From assembly GCF_032062105.1 (NCBI RefSeq), contig NW_026931074.1:345587-409586 (forward strand): a stretch of DNA of 64,000 nt. Reading direction: 5' to 3'. The notes under the pieces are model-generated. The model searched no databases and was not told the origin of the DNA. It saw nothing but the letters and a program-made list of their open reading frames with translations. Origin of the DNA: Saccostrea cucullata (lineage: Eukaryota). Positions 23,300 through 33,870 of the stretch are shown piece after piece; position 1 is the stretch's first letter; each line of letters starts with the position of its first letter. The translations under genes were made by a program, and so were the position numbers.

Positions 23300-24390
23300 A
23301 AATCGATTTGGATGCGCTTTGAAAATTTGGGGTGGTATTCAAATATAAATTTTCTGTAAGGAGCGCTATATGTTACCAAACTTCAAACGTTGTTTTTCTA
23401 TTAAAAAATATGTCAGGGGGCGCTTTGACCAATATTTGGGGGCGCTTTGACCAAACTTCAAACGTTGTTTTTCTATTAAAAAATATATATTTTGACTAAT
23501 ATTTGGGGGCGCTTTGACCAAAATTTGGGGACGCATTGATCAATATTTGGGGGCATTTTGGAAACTTCGCTTTCTATAAAAATATGTCAGGGGGCGCTTT
23601 GACCAATATTTGGGGGCGCTTTGACCAAACTTCAAACGTTGTTTTTCTATTAAAAATATGTCAGGGGGCGCTTTGACCAAAATTTGGGGACGCATTGACC
23701 AATATTTGGGGGCATTTTGGAAACTTCGCTTTCTATAAAAATATGTCAGGGGGCGCTTTGACCAAAATTTGGGGGCGCTTTGACCAAAATTTGGGGGCGC
23801 TTTGACCAAACTTCAAACGTTGTTTTTCTATTAAAAATATGTCAGGGGGCGCTTTGACAAAATTTGGGGACGCATTGACCAATATTTGGGGGCATTTTGG
23901 AAACTTCGCTTTCTATAAAAATATGTCAGGGGGCGCTTTGACCAATATTTGGGGGCGCTTTGACCAAAATTTGGGGGCGCTTTAACCAAACCTCAAACGT
24001 TTTCTATTAAAAAATATGTCAGGGGGCGCTTTGACCAAATTTTGGGGACGCATTGACCAATATTTGGGGGCAATTCAGAAACTTCGTTTTCTATAAAAAT
24101 ATGTCAGGGGGCGCTTTGACCAAAATCAGGGGGCGCTTTGACCAATACTTGGGGGCGCTTTGACCAATATTTGGGGGCGCTTTGGAAACTTCGTTTTTCT
24201 ATAAAAATATGTCAGGGGACGCTTTGACCAAAATCAAGGGACGCTTTGACCAAAATCAGGGGGCGGTTTCGTAGTATCATATTTCTATAAAATATGTCAG
24301 GGGGCGCTTTGACCAAAATCAGGGGACATTTTGACCAAAATCATGGTACGCTTTGACCGGGACGGTTTTAATTGGGAACGCTTTGACTGG
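23300..24390 (-). repeat. Right terminal satellite array of the foldback-like element (same 22-bp unit, inverted)
   Basis: (agggggcgctttgaccaaaat)n with atatgtcag spacers, the reverse complement of the 17862-18830 array. ORF 23540-23809 is an artefact. Confidence 0.85.
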
Positions 24391-24522
24391 CTCCCATTTC
24401 ATTCAGTGGTATGAGAGGAGTTGCGGATAAGAGATGGGTACCCCAAAGCGTAACAGACGGACGGACGGAATTAACGATTACTATATACCCTCCCGCTTTT
24501 CAAGCGTGGGGTATAATAAATA
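24391..24522 (-). mobile_element. Truncated SINE-like copy (head-proximal 130 bp) abutting the right end of the foldback-like element
   Basis: catttcattcagtggtatgagaggagttgcggataagagatgggtaccccaaagcgtaacagacggacggacgg...ataccctcccgcttttcaagcgtggggtata. The body is cut exactly at the foldback terminus (gactgg|ctcccatttcattc). Confidence 0.5.
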
Positions 24523-24579
24523 CTAATAAAACAAACGGGGCGGGACACTTTGAGAGGGGTGAGAGAGGTTCTATGGAGT

Positions 24580-25067
24580 TTTGGCATAAAATTACATTGC
24601 AAAAGCTCAAAATCCTCTTGAAATATCGCCGAGAAGGGATAGTGTTATACACAGACAGAATGTATAAATTTACGACCTTGAACTTTGACCTTTTGACCTC
24701 AAAATCAATAGGGGTCTTCCTTAGGCCACAGGAAATTGTTATGTAAAATTTCATTGCAAAAGCTCAAAGGGTTCTCGAGATATCGCGCGGAAACGAAAGT
24801 GTTATAACAGACTGACTTTGCGAATTTATGACCTTGACCTTTGACCTTTTGACCCCAAAATCAATAGGGTTTATCTTTAGTCCATTGGGAGTTGCTATGC
24901 CAAATTTCATTGCGAAAGCTCAAAGGGTTCTCGAGATATCGTGTGGAAACGAAAGCGTTACAGACAGACAGAATGATGGACGGACGGACAGAGGGACAGA
25001 CGGACGGACGGACGGACAGATCCAAATTAATGTCCCCCACTTTTCAAGCGGGGGACAATAATATATA
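24580..25067 (-). mobile_element. Related element sharing the microsatellite and hairpin head (24955-25067) but with a body of 3 tandem units of about 130 bp (24580-24955)
   Basis: Units contain tttcattgc.aaagctcaaagggttctcgagatatcg...gaaacgaaag.gtta.acagac and ..tttatgaccttgacctttgaccttttgacc.caaaatcaatagggt. They end in gttacagacagacag..(ggac)n..cccccacttttcaagcgggggacaata. Confidence 0.45.
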
Positions 25068-25710
25068 AATTTGGTAGATAGGCAAGCTTGTGCTCTTTGT
25101 TTTCAGTACAAAATGTGTAAAATCGATGAAAATTTGTATAAAAATGAGAAAATTCGAAACTTGGCCTATTTTCTAACCTCACTGTGACCTCTGTGTATTC
25201 CAAATCTTAGAACCGATCGATGCTCATTTTGTGGCAAGAATGACGACAGGTTTTTATGGATAAATTATTGCATCATTCTGAAAGACACCCAAAATCAGGG
25301 GGCCAAAAACAGGTCTTAGCCTATCTTGTCCTTTAAATTTCAAATTCCTATGACATTTCACTTATTAATGACCTTGGTTCAAGGCCACTGTAAAAAAAAA
25401 AAAGATTCAATGTAGTTAAATATAGCATATTTGATCAAGGATAAACCTATAGATATTGAAAAAATGAAAACAACTTGATACATCAGGTACTTAAAGTACA
25501 GTGTATAATTTGCTATAAGAGGTTGGGGTGGAAGAGAAGCTACAAAGTACACAAGCTGGTGGCTGTGGTAAATTGATGATCCACACAGTGAAAATGTTAG
25601 ATACCTATATATGGGCATCTTTGGGCTTTCACACTTTTAAATTTATCATGCCTCTTGCATAAAACAACACACAGTTTTGTTAAAAAGAAATGATCGACCT
25701 ATTGTGATAA

Positions 25711-26110
25711 AACTAGAGGTACTGTGAGCAATGAGCTCACTAAATGATACCCCCCGCCTCCCATAATGTCCATGTGTTGCTATATATTGTTTTACGGTAA
25801 TGTGTAAAGAGGAATAACTCGTCCTATCAAATGTTATCCAGAAGCTTCTATACATATGACGTCATAGGTAAAGATATAATGGCAATGTCCATGTTTTTGC
25901 TATGGGAAACCTAAAATACGTGTGGAATAAAAAAGTAAAATAGGAGGTGCACAATGGCAATATATAATAAAGATTCTGTGAAAGTTTCATTAAATTTCAC
26001 TCAGTAGTATAAGAGGAGTTGCGGATAAGAGATAAAGCGTAACAGACGGACGGACGGACGGAAATCCCGATTACTATATACCCCCACTTTTCAAGCGGGG
26101 GGTATAATAA
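25711..26110 (-). mobile_element. SINE-like element, (GTCC)n-microsatellite family, reverse-orientation copy
   Basis: aactagaggtactgtgagcaatgagctcactaaatgataccccccgcctcccata...ggaggtgcacaatggcaatat...ggagttgcggataagagataaagcgtaacagacggacggacggacggaaatcccgattactatatacccccacttttcaagcggggggtataataaa. Small internal deletion relative to other copies. Confidence 0.6.
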
Positions 26111-26239
26111 AGTGATATCTATCGTTATTATCTCAACTTATGTAAATTTGAACTGTCACAAGGAGCTTGTTCTTTTTGTCCCCTGCTTTCACGAAAGTGA
26201 GAAGACATTAATTCTCATTTATGTCTGTCCATCTGTCAG

Positions 26240-26800
26240 TCTGTAGTTCTGTCCATTCATCACAAAAACTTTAACCTTTTGTCATATCTTTTGATTGAGA
26301 CGAGATAGGGCTTTCATATTACACATTCATATTGCCTGTGACAAGATCTTTTTAAATACAGTAAGATTTTTGACACTGTGACCATGATGTTTGACCCTTT
26401 TTTTTCTTAATTAACATTACTTAAAAGTTAAATAATTGGCCATAACTTAATTTTGAATAAGAGATAAGGCTTTCATGTTATACATGTGTATTACCTGTGA
26501 CAAAACCTTTCTAAATACACTATGAGCTTTGACCTCGAGACTATTACCTTGAATTTTGACCTACTTTTCAAAAAATCAAACTTGGTCATGACTTTGAAAA
26601 AGTAGAGATAGGGCTTTCATATTAAACCTGTGCAATGCCTGTAACTAGACCTTTCTAAATACACTATGATTTTAACCTTGTGACCTTGACCGTGAAGTTT
26701 GACCTACTTTTTAAAAATGTTAATTTTCCTTATAACTTTTGATTGAGAAGAGATAGGGCTTTCATATTTGACATGTGCATTACCTGTGACCAGAAATATA
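26240..26800. repeat. Tandem repeat of about 4 units of about 140 bp
   Basis: Recurring unit ...gacctac.ttt..aaaa....a.ttt.c.tataactt.tgattgaga.gagatagggctttcat.tt..ac.tgtgcattacctgtgaca..a.ctttctaaatacactatga..tttgacct.g.gac. Seen at about 26255, 26400, 26540 and 26690. Confidence 0.7.
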
Positions 26801-27496
26801 AAAGTCAAAGCACCAGATATATATAGCATGCAAAAATTAAAAATTTATGACCAAGCTGGTTAAAGCTTTTCAAAATATGGGTTAAACTCCAAGGTCAAAG
26901 GGTCAAATTTAAGGTACTCAGGGGTAGGCCTAATGTAAGAAATGCTAATTTAAGCTCTAGCACCAACTGTGTAAAAGTTGTGGCCAACGTTAAAGTTTTT
27001 TTTCAAAAGAATATAAAATTTCATGGTCAAAAGGTACATTTGTTGTATCCAAAGGAAGGAAAGCCAAGATTAAAGTTGGAATTACCAAGATTAAAGTTGG
27101 AATTACCAACTTTTAAAAAAATATTGCGTGGCACTAATACGCTTCCGTAGTGTAGTGTTTCACAAACACATCTTATTTTAAAATATTTTTGCATGATGTT
27201 TTTTCCCCTTAATTCTGATCTATTTGCAGGACAAACAAGATGTGTTTGTGAAACACTGATGTCCCCATATGGTAACATAGCAAAGATTAAACTTTTTTTA
27301 AATGCAAAGAATTTATTATTTTGGTACCCAAAGAAAGGGATACGTTTTTGAAAGGTCGGTCAAACTCTAGGGTCAAAGACCAGGGACCTATATTAACTTA
27401 CTATATTAGTATACATGGTATATAGGTCCCTGCAAGGACAAAGGGTAAAAGTTGTTGGTTGAGAAAGAAAGGTCTTGTCACAAGGATTATATATAC

Positions 27497-28076
27497 TGTA
27501 ACGTTTTTCTCTCCATGGGGTGTTTGTTTCTACCCGCGTCACAAAATATTGTGGATCCCGTGTATAAATTCAGGAACTCTAGATCTTTATAGATCTAACA
27601 TAAGAACAACGACAAAGTTCGTTTCAACGAGTGTATTAACAATATCCAAGAGTAGTTTTACAAATCAATTCCAAGCTATGTATATCAACTCACTAACTCT
27701 CTCTCCTTATATACCCTGTCTGACACCTAACGTGATTTAGGGCACCTAGTTAGGGCGTTAGGCTCCATCGTTAGGGCACCTGTTAAGGCGTTAGGCTCCA
27801 TCATTAGGGCACCCTGTTAGGGCAATCGGCTCCATCATTAGGGCACCTATTAGGGCAATCGGCTCCAAGTATTAGGGCCTCTGCACCATTGTTAGGTATC
27901 AAGACACTTGATACATTTAGCATCTGATAAGCGCCATATTAATTAGGACACTAATTAGACTTCCAAGATAAGGGCGCTAATCAGTTACCATGGTTAGGGC
28001 TTATCAAATAAACAAAATTCTTATCTCTGTTTTATTTATAACAATAGCATTTTTATATAAAAGCAAAAACATTACA
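27497..28076 (-). repeat. 3' LTR (element orientation) of the gag-only LTR retrotransposon
   Basis: tgtaacgtttttctctccatggggtg....aaaagcaaaaacattaca. Contains about 4 tandem subrepeats of about 27 bp (ttagggcacct.ttagggc.ttaggctccatc) at 27740-27900. Confidence 0.85.
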
Positions 28077-28080
28077 TTGG

Positions 28081-28091
28081 TCCCTCCTTTT
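28081..28091 (-). other. Polypurine tract (minus strand AAAAGGAGGGA) immediately upstream of the 3' LTR
   Basis: Plus tccctcctttt at 28081-28091. Minus-strand aaaaggaggga, then acc aa, then LTR TG. Confidence 0.6.
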
Positions 28092-28383
28092 GAAACATGA
28101 CTTCCATTGTCATTAATATTTAAAACATGAACATGAGTTATACGTAAAACAAAATTACACAAATACGAAACAAAATCAACAGAAAGACAAAAAGTAAAAG
28201 AACAAAATTATATCAAATAAAAATGTAATTAGATTAAATCAAAAGTTTATCACACTAGTAGCTTCACATTTGGATTTCCCTGGCCTTATTTTCAACCTTT
28301 TCTCTTCCCCTTTTCCTGATTTAGGCTTTTCTTCCCTAGGGTTTTTAGGCCATATAAAGTTGACTGATACCTGACCTGCGGCA

Positions 28384-29286
28384 TCAGTCATCTGAGTTAA
28401 TATAATTCCTTACAGTTTTCTTTTCAACACAATTCAGGTCTCGAGAACTGTCACTTGGTTGAAATCTTCCTCCTTCTCTCTGGTACCATGGGTTGTAAGG
28501 GCGTCCCCTCCTCCCTGGTCCTGCATTGGTACATGTACTTGGGGTTCTCACATTTTTAAAGATACTGTTGAATCCGTCACCCGCGCTTGGAGGTTTGGCA
28601 GTATCCGCAGCTGCTATTTCATTATTCCATTCCCCATCTTCAATCTCATACACAGGCCTATAGCCTGGTTTTGTCTCCTTTGGCAATTCTTTTTCTCCAA
28701 TCCGCAAGCACTCTTCTTGCATCGCATTAAGAACTGCTTCTTGAAGTGTCCTGGGTCTGGTCCGTTTCACTGCAAGTCGAAAATCCCCAGATTGTCCACA
28801 CTTATCTAAGAAGGACTGTATAGCATTTTCTTCAACTAAATCTGGATTTCCTGGATAGGCCCTTCGGTACAAATCTTCGATGGCCTGTCCTAAATCTCGC
28901 AGGGACTCACCCGGTAGTCGTCTCCTTAATTTTACATCCGCAATATATTTTTCTTTCATTGCAGAATGTCCAAATCTTTGATTCATTTTATCCTTTAGTT
29001 GCTCATAATCACTCTGTACAGTAAGGGGCATTCCATAGGCATAGCTCTCGGCCTGTCCTCGCAAGGTGCTAAGTAGAACTCTGCGAGAAGGTCCCCATGA
29101 GTTTAATTCTGAGATGTTTTCGAAATATTGTAGAAACTCATCCCAAACATCATTATTGGCCCCTGAGAAGGTCCTCCTTACTGGATATTCATTGGTTCGT
29201 TGACCAGCATTTGGTGTCGTAAGACTGTTTGTAGGTGTCCCGTCAGTAGTAGGAAATTCAAAATTGTACCCAAGTCCCTGAGGAGA
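28384..29286 (-). CDS. Retrotransposon gag-like protein, about 300 codons open with no pol
   Basis: Hand-translating the frame of ORF 28384-29064 upstream to the TAG at 29287-29289 gives ...SPQGLGYNFEFPTTDGTPTNSLTTPNAGQRTNEYPVRRTFSGANNDVWDEFLQYFENISELNSWGPSRRVLLSTLRGQAESYAYGMPLTVQSDYEQLKDKMNQRFGHSAMKEKYIADVKLRRRLPGESLRDLGQAIEDLYRRAYPGNPDLVEENAIQSFLDKCGQSGDFRLAVKRTRPRTLQEAVLNAMQEECLRIG... This fits the retrotransposon_gag pattern (W..F...F.......L.G.A..W; R.F..GL...I; PRTL.EA). It is followed directly by the PPT and LTR. Confidence 0.7.
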   Translation of the reverse strand, partial: SPQGLGYNFEFPTTDGTPTNSLTTPNAGQRTNEYPVRRTFSGANNDVWDEFLQYFENISELNSWGPSRRVLLSTLRGQAESYAYGMPLTVQSDYEQLKDKMNQRFGHSAMKEKYIADVKLRRRLPGESLRDLGQAIEDLYRRAYPGNPDLVEENAIQSFLDKCGQSGDFRLAVKRTRPRTLQEAVLNAMQEECLRIGEKELPKETKPGYRPVYEIEDGEWNNEIAAADTAKPPSAGDGFNSIFKNVRTPSTCTNAGPGRRGRPYNPWYQREGGRFQPSDSSRDLNCVEKKTVRNYINSDD

Positions 29287-29290
29287 CTAA

Positions 29291-29900
29291 TTACCCAAAT
29301 AAGGAGTATCCAGATTGCCCAGAAACTTTAGGTTCCTGACAGGTACCTGTAGGGGCGTTAGGTGCACTACCACCAGTATAGGGTGTATCACTGGATATCA
29401 AAGAAATTTCCCTTTCCTTACTGGCATTCAGCAGACCAGATCCATACTTCCATAACACTCTGATTACCGTAACAAGGAATATCATACTTGTTATCGATAT
29501 TAGAGAAATTACTGCATTTTCTTGAGATTCCTGCACGATCTTGTTTTCTGGAAAATAGATCCAGGTCATCACCATCAGGAAACATATCCTATCAAACCAA
29601 AGAGTATCCAAATACATAGGATTCTCTTTAAGCTTGGCCTTGGATCGTACTTGCTTTTAATAGAAAGACCCTGCGAGTTTTGCCCGAACTCCTGAAAGTT
29701 AGGACTGTCTGGCATTACTCGACTTGTGGGCTGCAAACTTGTTCTACACCCCGTATCGACCTCTATTCCTGAGTCATTCAGATGAGCTGGACTTTCGAAG
29801 TACTGTCCTACCTTTCTAGGCATAACTCTCTTCCTTACGATGGGTGTCTCCATTTCAAACTCTGTGCTGTCTAGTGTTACACGTAAAATAATTTCTTTGG
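29291..29900 (-). pseudogene. Frameshifted N-terminal region of the element's gag polyprotein (ORFs 29575-29940 and 29291-29617 in two other frames)
   Basis: Pro/Thr/Gly-rich tails of ORF 29291-29617 (...TGGSAPNAPTGTCQEPKVSGQSGYSLFG*) and the start of the gag frame (SPQGLGYNFEFPTTDGTPT...) look like one protein broken by a 1-nt indel near 29290. A second shift lies near 29575-29617. Contains a 22-residue hydrophobic segment (AVISLISITSMIFLVTVIRVLW). Confidence 0.4.
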
Positions 29901-29918
29901 ATCCCACCGCTGCCACCA
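29899..29918 (-). other. Primer-binding site (minus strand TGGTGGCAGCGGTGGGATCC), 2 nt after the 5' LTR
   Basis: Plus-strand GGATCCCACCGCTGCCACCA reads as a tRNA 3' end (acceptor/T-stem followed by CCA). On the minus strand the PBS begins with TGG, the classical tRNA-primed PBS configuration. Confidence 0.7.
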
Positions 29919-29920
29919 AT

Positions 29921-30500
29921 TGTAACGTTTTTCTCTCCATGGGGTGTTTGTTTCTACCCGCGTCACAAAATATTGTGGATCCCGTGTATAAATTCAGGAA
30001 CTCTAGATCTTTATAGATCTAACATAAGAACAACGACAAAGTTCGTTTCAACGAGTGTATTAACAATATTCAAGAGTAGTTTTACAAATCAATTCCAAGC
30101 TATGTATATCAACTCACTAACTCTCTCTCCTTATATACCCTGTCTGACACCTAACGTGATTTAGGGCACCTAGTTAGGGCGTTAGGCTCCCTCGTTAGGG
30201 CACCTGTTAGGGCGTTAGGCTCCATCATTAGGGCACCCTGTTAGGGCAATCGGCTCCATCATTAGGGCACCTATTAGGGCAATCGGCTCCAAGTATTAGG
30301 GCCTCTGCACCATTGTTAGGTATCAAGACACTTGATACATTTAGCATCTGATAAGCGCCATATTAATTAGGACACTAATTAGACTTCCAAGATAAGGGCG
30401 CTAATCAGTTACCATGGTTAGGGCTTATCAAATAAACAAAATTCTTATCTCTGTTTTATTTATAACAATAGCATTTTTATATAAAAGCAAAAACATTACA
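29921..30500 (-). repeat. 5' LTR (element orientation) of the gag-only LTR retrotransposon
   Basis: About 99.5% identical to 27497-28076. Differs at about 3 positions (ccatcg/ccctcg, ttaagg/ttaggg, atatcc/atattc). Confidence 0.85.
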
Positions 30501-30699
30501 ATACGAAGTATGAAAGTCATATGAGTAACTGTTCAAAAGTTAAGGCCAAGGTTAAGGTAAAAAAAAAAAATAATAATAAGTGAAACGCCAAGATCAAGGT
30601 AATAGGGTCAAAGTTTTTGGTATCCAATCAAAGGTCATGGGGGTTAACATTTACTATAGGGACACTATCCCTAGTACACTTCAGTACATCATATTACTT

Positions 30700-31900
30700 A
30701 TCTAGCTGATGTGTCTTGCTATTTCACTATCTTATAGGCTATTTTGTCCCCATGTGAGGACGTCAAAATTTATTTGTACAATTTAGCAGAAGACCGCCAA
30801 GGCGGATTAATGCTAGACCATTTGTACGTGCGTGCGTATGAAAGGAATATTACATAAGCAAAGCATGAAATATATATTATATAAAACATGAAAGCGTTTA
30901 AAAATGTTTTTGAAAAAATTAACATAATAAAAGGTTTACTTAAATATTTAAATTCAAAAGTGGATTTCTTTTCAAAACATTCAAAATCTTGAATATTTTA
31001 TATCAATAATTTTATCAGAAAAGATTGATTATTAGAATTTTGGAGTTTACAATTCCAAAACAAGGGGAATAATTCAGTACACTGCAGTAATCAAGTACGA
31101 TGTAGATCGAAGTGTCCAGTCATATTACTCGGGATTTTAGAAGCTTTTATATCAATCCCCTTTTACCACAAAAGATAATGTTTGTTTGTTTTTTTTTTTA
31201 AATATATATTTATATTATTATAAACTTGATTTCAGGTTCTTAAAACACGTGAAACGGTACTTTAGCCAGTCCCTACTCAACCAGTAATCAAGATTTACAT
31301 TTTTCATAGTTTTTTTCCATCCTTTATATTTTCGTTATTTATCCCCTAAACGGGGACATCAAAATTTCTAACAATTAGTTGTTTTAGATACTCAGATGCC
31401 CGCTAAGGCGGTTTATATGCTATCTGTTTTCGTCCGTCGTGAAGCAGCCAATGCACACGTTACCACTGGATTGATTACTGACTGTAAAACATAAAAATAT
31501 TTGAAAATGTTTAAACCAAAAAATGGCATAAAATAAGTATTTTATAAACAAGTTATAAAATAATGAGTATTTATTTTGAATGAAAATTAATATTGTAATT
31601 TTAATTTAGAAAAAAAATAAAAAAACAAATTAATAATTATACTTTTTGGGGTTATAATAGAAAAACAAGGGAAGTAATTCATTGGTAAACAAATACATTA
31701 CAGGTCTTCATTGTAGGTATACAATGAATAGATTTTTAAAAGACAGTAGAGCGACACATTCCATATTCTTTTTGCTTTACTTCTTCCATTTGATTCTTTT
31801 ATGATTGCCAATTCCACATGTTCGTATGCAATCATTGACTGAAATTCAGCCAAATTAAGAACAAGGTATAGTTTCGATCAATACAAATTAAGCCCTGTAT
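30700..31900. repeat. Two diverged tandem copies of an about 600-bp unit
   Basis: 30745-30840 (ggacgtcaaaatttatttgtacaatttagcagaagaccgccaaggcggattaatgctagacc...cgtgcgtgcg) parallels 31340-31440 (ggacatcaaaatttctaacaattagttgttttagatactcagatgcccgctaaggcggtttatatgctatc...cgtccgtcg). Further colinear similarity at 30890/31480 and 31020/31640. Confidence 0.5.
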
Positions 31901-33750
31901 TTTTCAAAAATATGAAAGTGATACAAGAAATTAAAATTTACTCTTTCTGAATCATAGGAATTCCACGCAGTAAGAATACACAAATCGTTTTTCTCATTTG
32001 ACCTCCTAAATGCTAATTATGACATGATATACTTGTGCATTTTCCCGTATTTTCTTAAAAGGTTGCAGAAGACGTACATCAATTTTTAGTGGAATTTTCT
32101 TTCACAAAACATACTCTGCCACCGTCGCCCACAAAGATTTTGAGATATGTGATTTTTCAAAGCATTTTACACAATATATCCAAAAATTGAAGCGGTTGAC
32201 AGTGGCAGACACTATTTTCTAAAGAAAAAAAAGCATAAAAATGAGTCATTCTGAGGCTTTTCTACATTAAACCTAGAAATGTACCAAATTAGTGACGTCA
32301 TATTTCCACAATAGTCCTCCTTCGTGCCATGTTCTTTAATGATTTATCATATTCATCTACTCAACTATTGTTATAGCCAATTTCATAACTTTTTTTAAGA
32401 ACATTAAATTTTTAGGGCACAATACCTTCTTCTTTCACAGCAATGTGGTAAGAAAGACAACTCTCAAAGAGAAAATGACTTATTGCTCACCAATCTTATT
32501 AAAAGTCAGGTCCAATTATAGTTAGATTGAAAGCACATACTTCAAAATTCATTTATCATTCATTAAATAGGTGTCTTTCTCATCAAAGAAGTGATACAAT
32601 ATATCTGTAAAGTGTTTATGCAAAGTTTTGGTACTGCAGATTTTCTTTTCTGGGGAAAATTTTCTGTTGAAAAAAATGTTGAAAACATAGCAATGTATAA
32701 CTCTTTTGTGTTGGTTAAAAGATTTGTTCTGGGACAGTGAACACAGTTAATGTAGACTACAAAATTGTAATGTCTAATGTGTGCTGTAATCTTTAACTGT
32801 TTTAAGTGTTCAGCCAATATCAATTGGCATGTACTTCATTGTTTATATTTATCTTATGGCAAAATTTAAGTGCAGAAATATATTTTGGCTATTAATTCGA
32901 TATAAAATTATGAAGATGAAAAAAAAAACAACTGACATTGAATTTCATACATATTCATTTTATTTATTCAAGATGAATGACATAAAAAGGAAGAATTGCT
33001 CTTTCATATAAACAACAAATTATAGGTTCTTCTACAGAAATACGTACCGATCTACCCCCTGGTACATTATTAGATACAATGAACTTAATTAACTGTATAA
33101 TGGGCAAATTTATTAGAACTTTTTTTAAAGATTTTGAGTTATCATCATCAAATGACAGTTTTGAAATTGAGAAACATGCATAAATGTAAATTCAAATGTA
33201 AGTTCAAAAAATTGTTTCTCTCTCTCTCTCTTTTAAACATAAATCAATATGCATGATGAATCAAAACTCAGTGGTTGATACAATTTAATATGTATTAATT
33301 TTTATTTGGATACAAGTTGATAATTTTAATAAACATGTTTACATGGTTTACAAGTACAGTATAATTAAGATCTACACCATAAGCAGTGACAACAAAGACA
33401 AAACACATAGAGTCTTTGGTTTCATTACATGTTTAGAATACAATATTATTCAGTTTAAAAAAAAGCATTTTTAGAAAAATCTTCATGCTGAGAAAATTTT
33501 GACAGGAATTTAACTTGCTGAATTGAGTTAATTTATAACAGAATGTTGAATATGTCTGTTCAGAGACTGAATCTTTGCTGAACTCTTGCATATTAACATA
33601 AATTGCACATTTCCAAATCCCTTCATTTTTCTAAAGATATACAGTTTGGATTTATAAGCTACCAATACAAGATCACATTTTAGGGTAAGCATACAGAGAT
33701 TCTAGACATAAATATTCTGTATGGTACTTTTTTTTACAGAGATTTTAGGT

Positions 33751-33870
33751 TCATCGCCGTACAATGCTTCCTGTTGGTCGCATGGTCTCTACTCGGTTCT
33801 GAAGGTCATCAATTCGGACATCCTTCAGGTGTATCAAATGTTCCATTCTTTTTATCTTTGCTTGTAAGAT
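33751..33870 (-). CDS. SPEF1: SPEF1-like gene A exon 8 (terminal): ILQAKIKRMEHLIHLKDVRIDDLQNRVETMRPTGSIVRR*
   Basis: Acceptor ttttag (plus 33871-33876 rc). Phase 0. Stop TGA at 33753-33751. 27/39 identical to the gene B terminal exon. Confidence 0.65.
   Translation of the reverse strand: MLQAKIKRMEHLIHLKDVRIDDLQNRVETMRPTGSIVRR

Larger units (their letters stand above)
17862..24390. mobile_element. Foldback-like element of about 6.5 kb, with about 1-kb terminal inverted repeats built from 22-bp tandem subrepeats
   Basis: Outer termini are reverse complements: ccagtcaaagcgttcccaattaaaaccgtcccggtcaaagcg at 17862- versus cgctttgaccgggacggttttaattgggaacgctttgactgg ending at 24390. Left arm 17862-18830 is a (gattttggtcaaagcgccccct)n array organised in about 115-bp higher-order units. 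Right arm about 23300-24390 is the same array inverted. The core 18.8-23.3 kb has no convincing ORF and contains a SINE-like copy. Confidence 0.55.
27497..30500 (-). mobile_element. Young non-autonomous LTR retrotransposon encoding gag only (TR-GAG/LARD-like), 3004 bp
   Basis: Two 580-bp direct repeats (27497-28076 and 29921-30500) beginning TG and ending CA, with only 3 mismatches. Internal 1844 bp carries a gag-domain ORF on the minus strand. Minus-strand PBS lies right after the 5' LTR and PPT right before the 3' LTR. 4-bp TSD ATAC at 27493-27496 and 30501-30504. Confidence 0.85.

Noticed and set aside
18218-23809. ORFs 18218-18424(-) and 23540-23809(-) with repetitive peptides (RGRFDQN.GAL / APKYWSKRPL)
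   Set aside because: Translation artefacts of the 22-bp satellite arms of the foldback-like element.
12572-25061. ORFs containing TDRPTDRQ / RTDGQTDG-type peptides (12572-12925, 20797-21096, 24411-24746, 24828-25061)
   Set aside because: They read through (GTCC/GGAC)n microsatellites inside SINE-like elements and are not genes.
29575-29940. ORF 29575-29940(-) starting at an ATG inside the 5' LTR as the true start of the retroelement protein
   Set aside because: The ATG lies in the LTR (U5 side) and the frame reads straight through the PBS. The real gag start is more likely downstream (e.g. the METPIV... methionine), and the frame is then broken. Kept only as part of a frameshifted N-terminal region.
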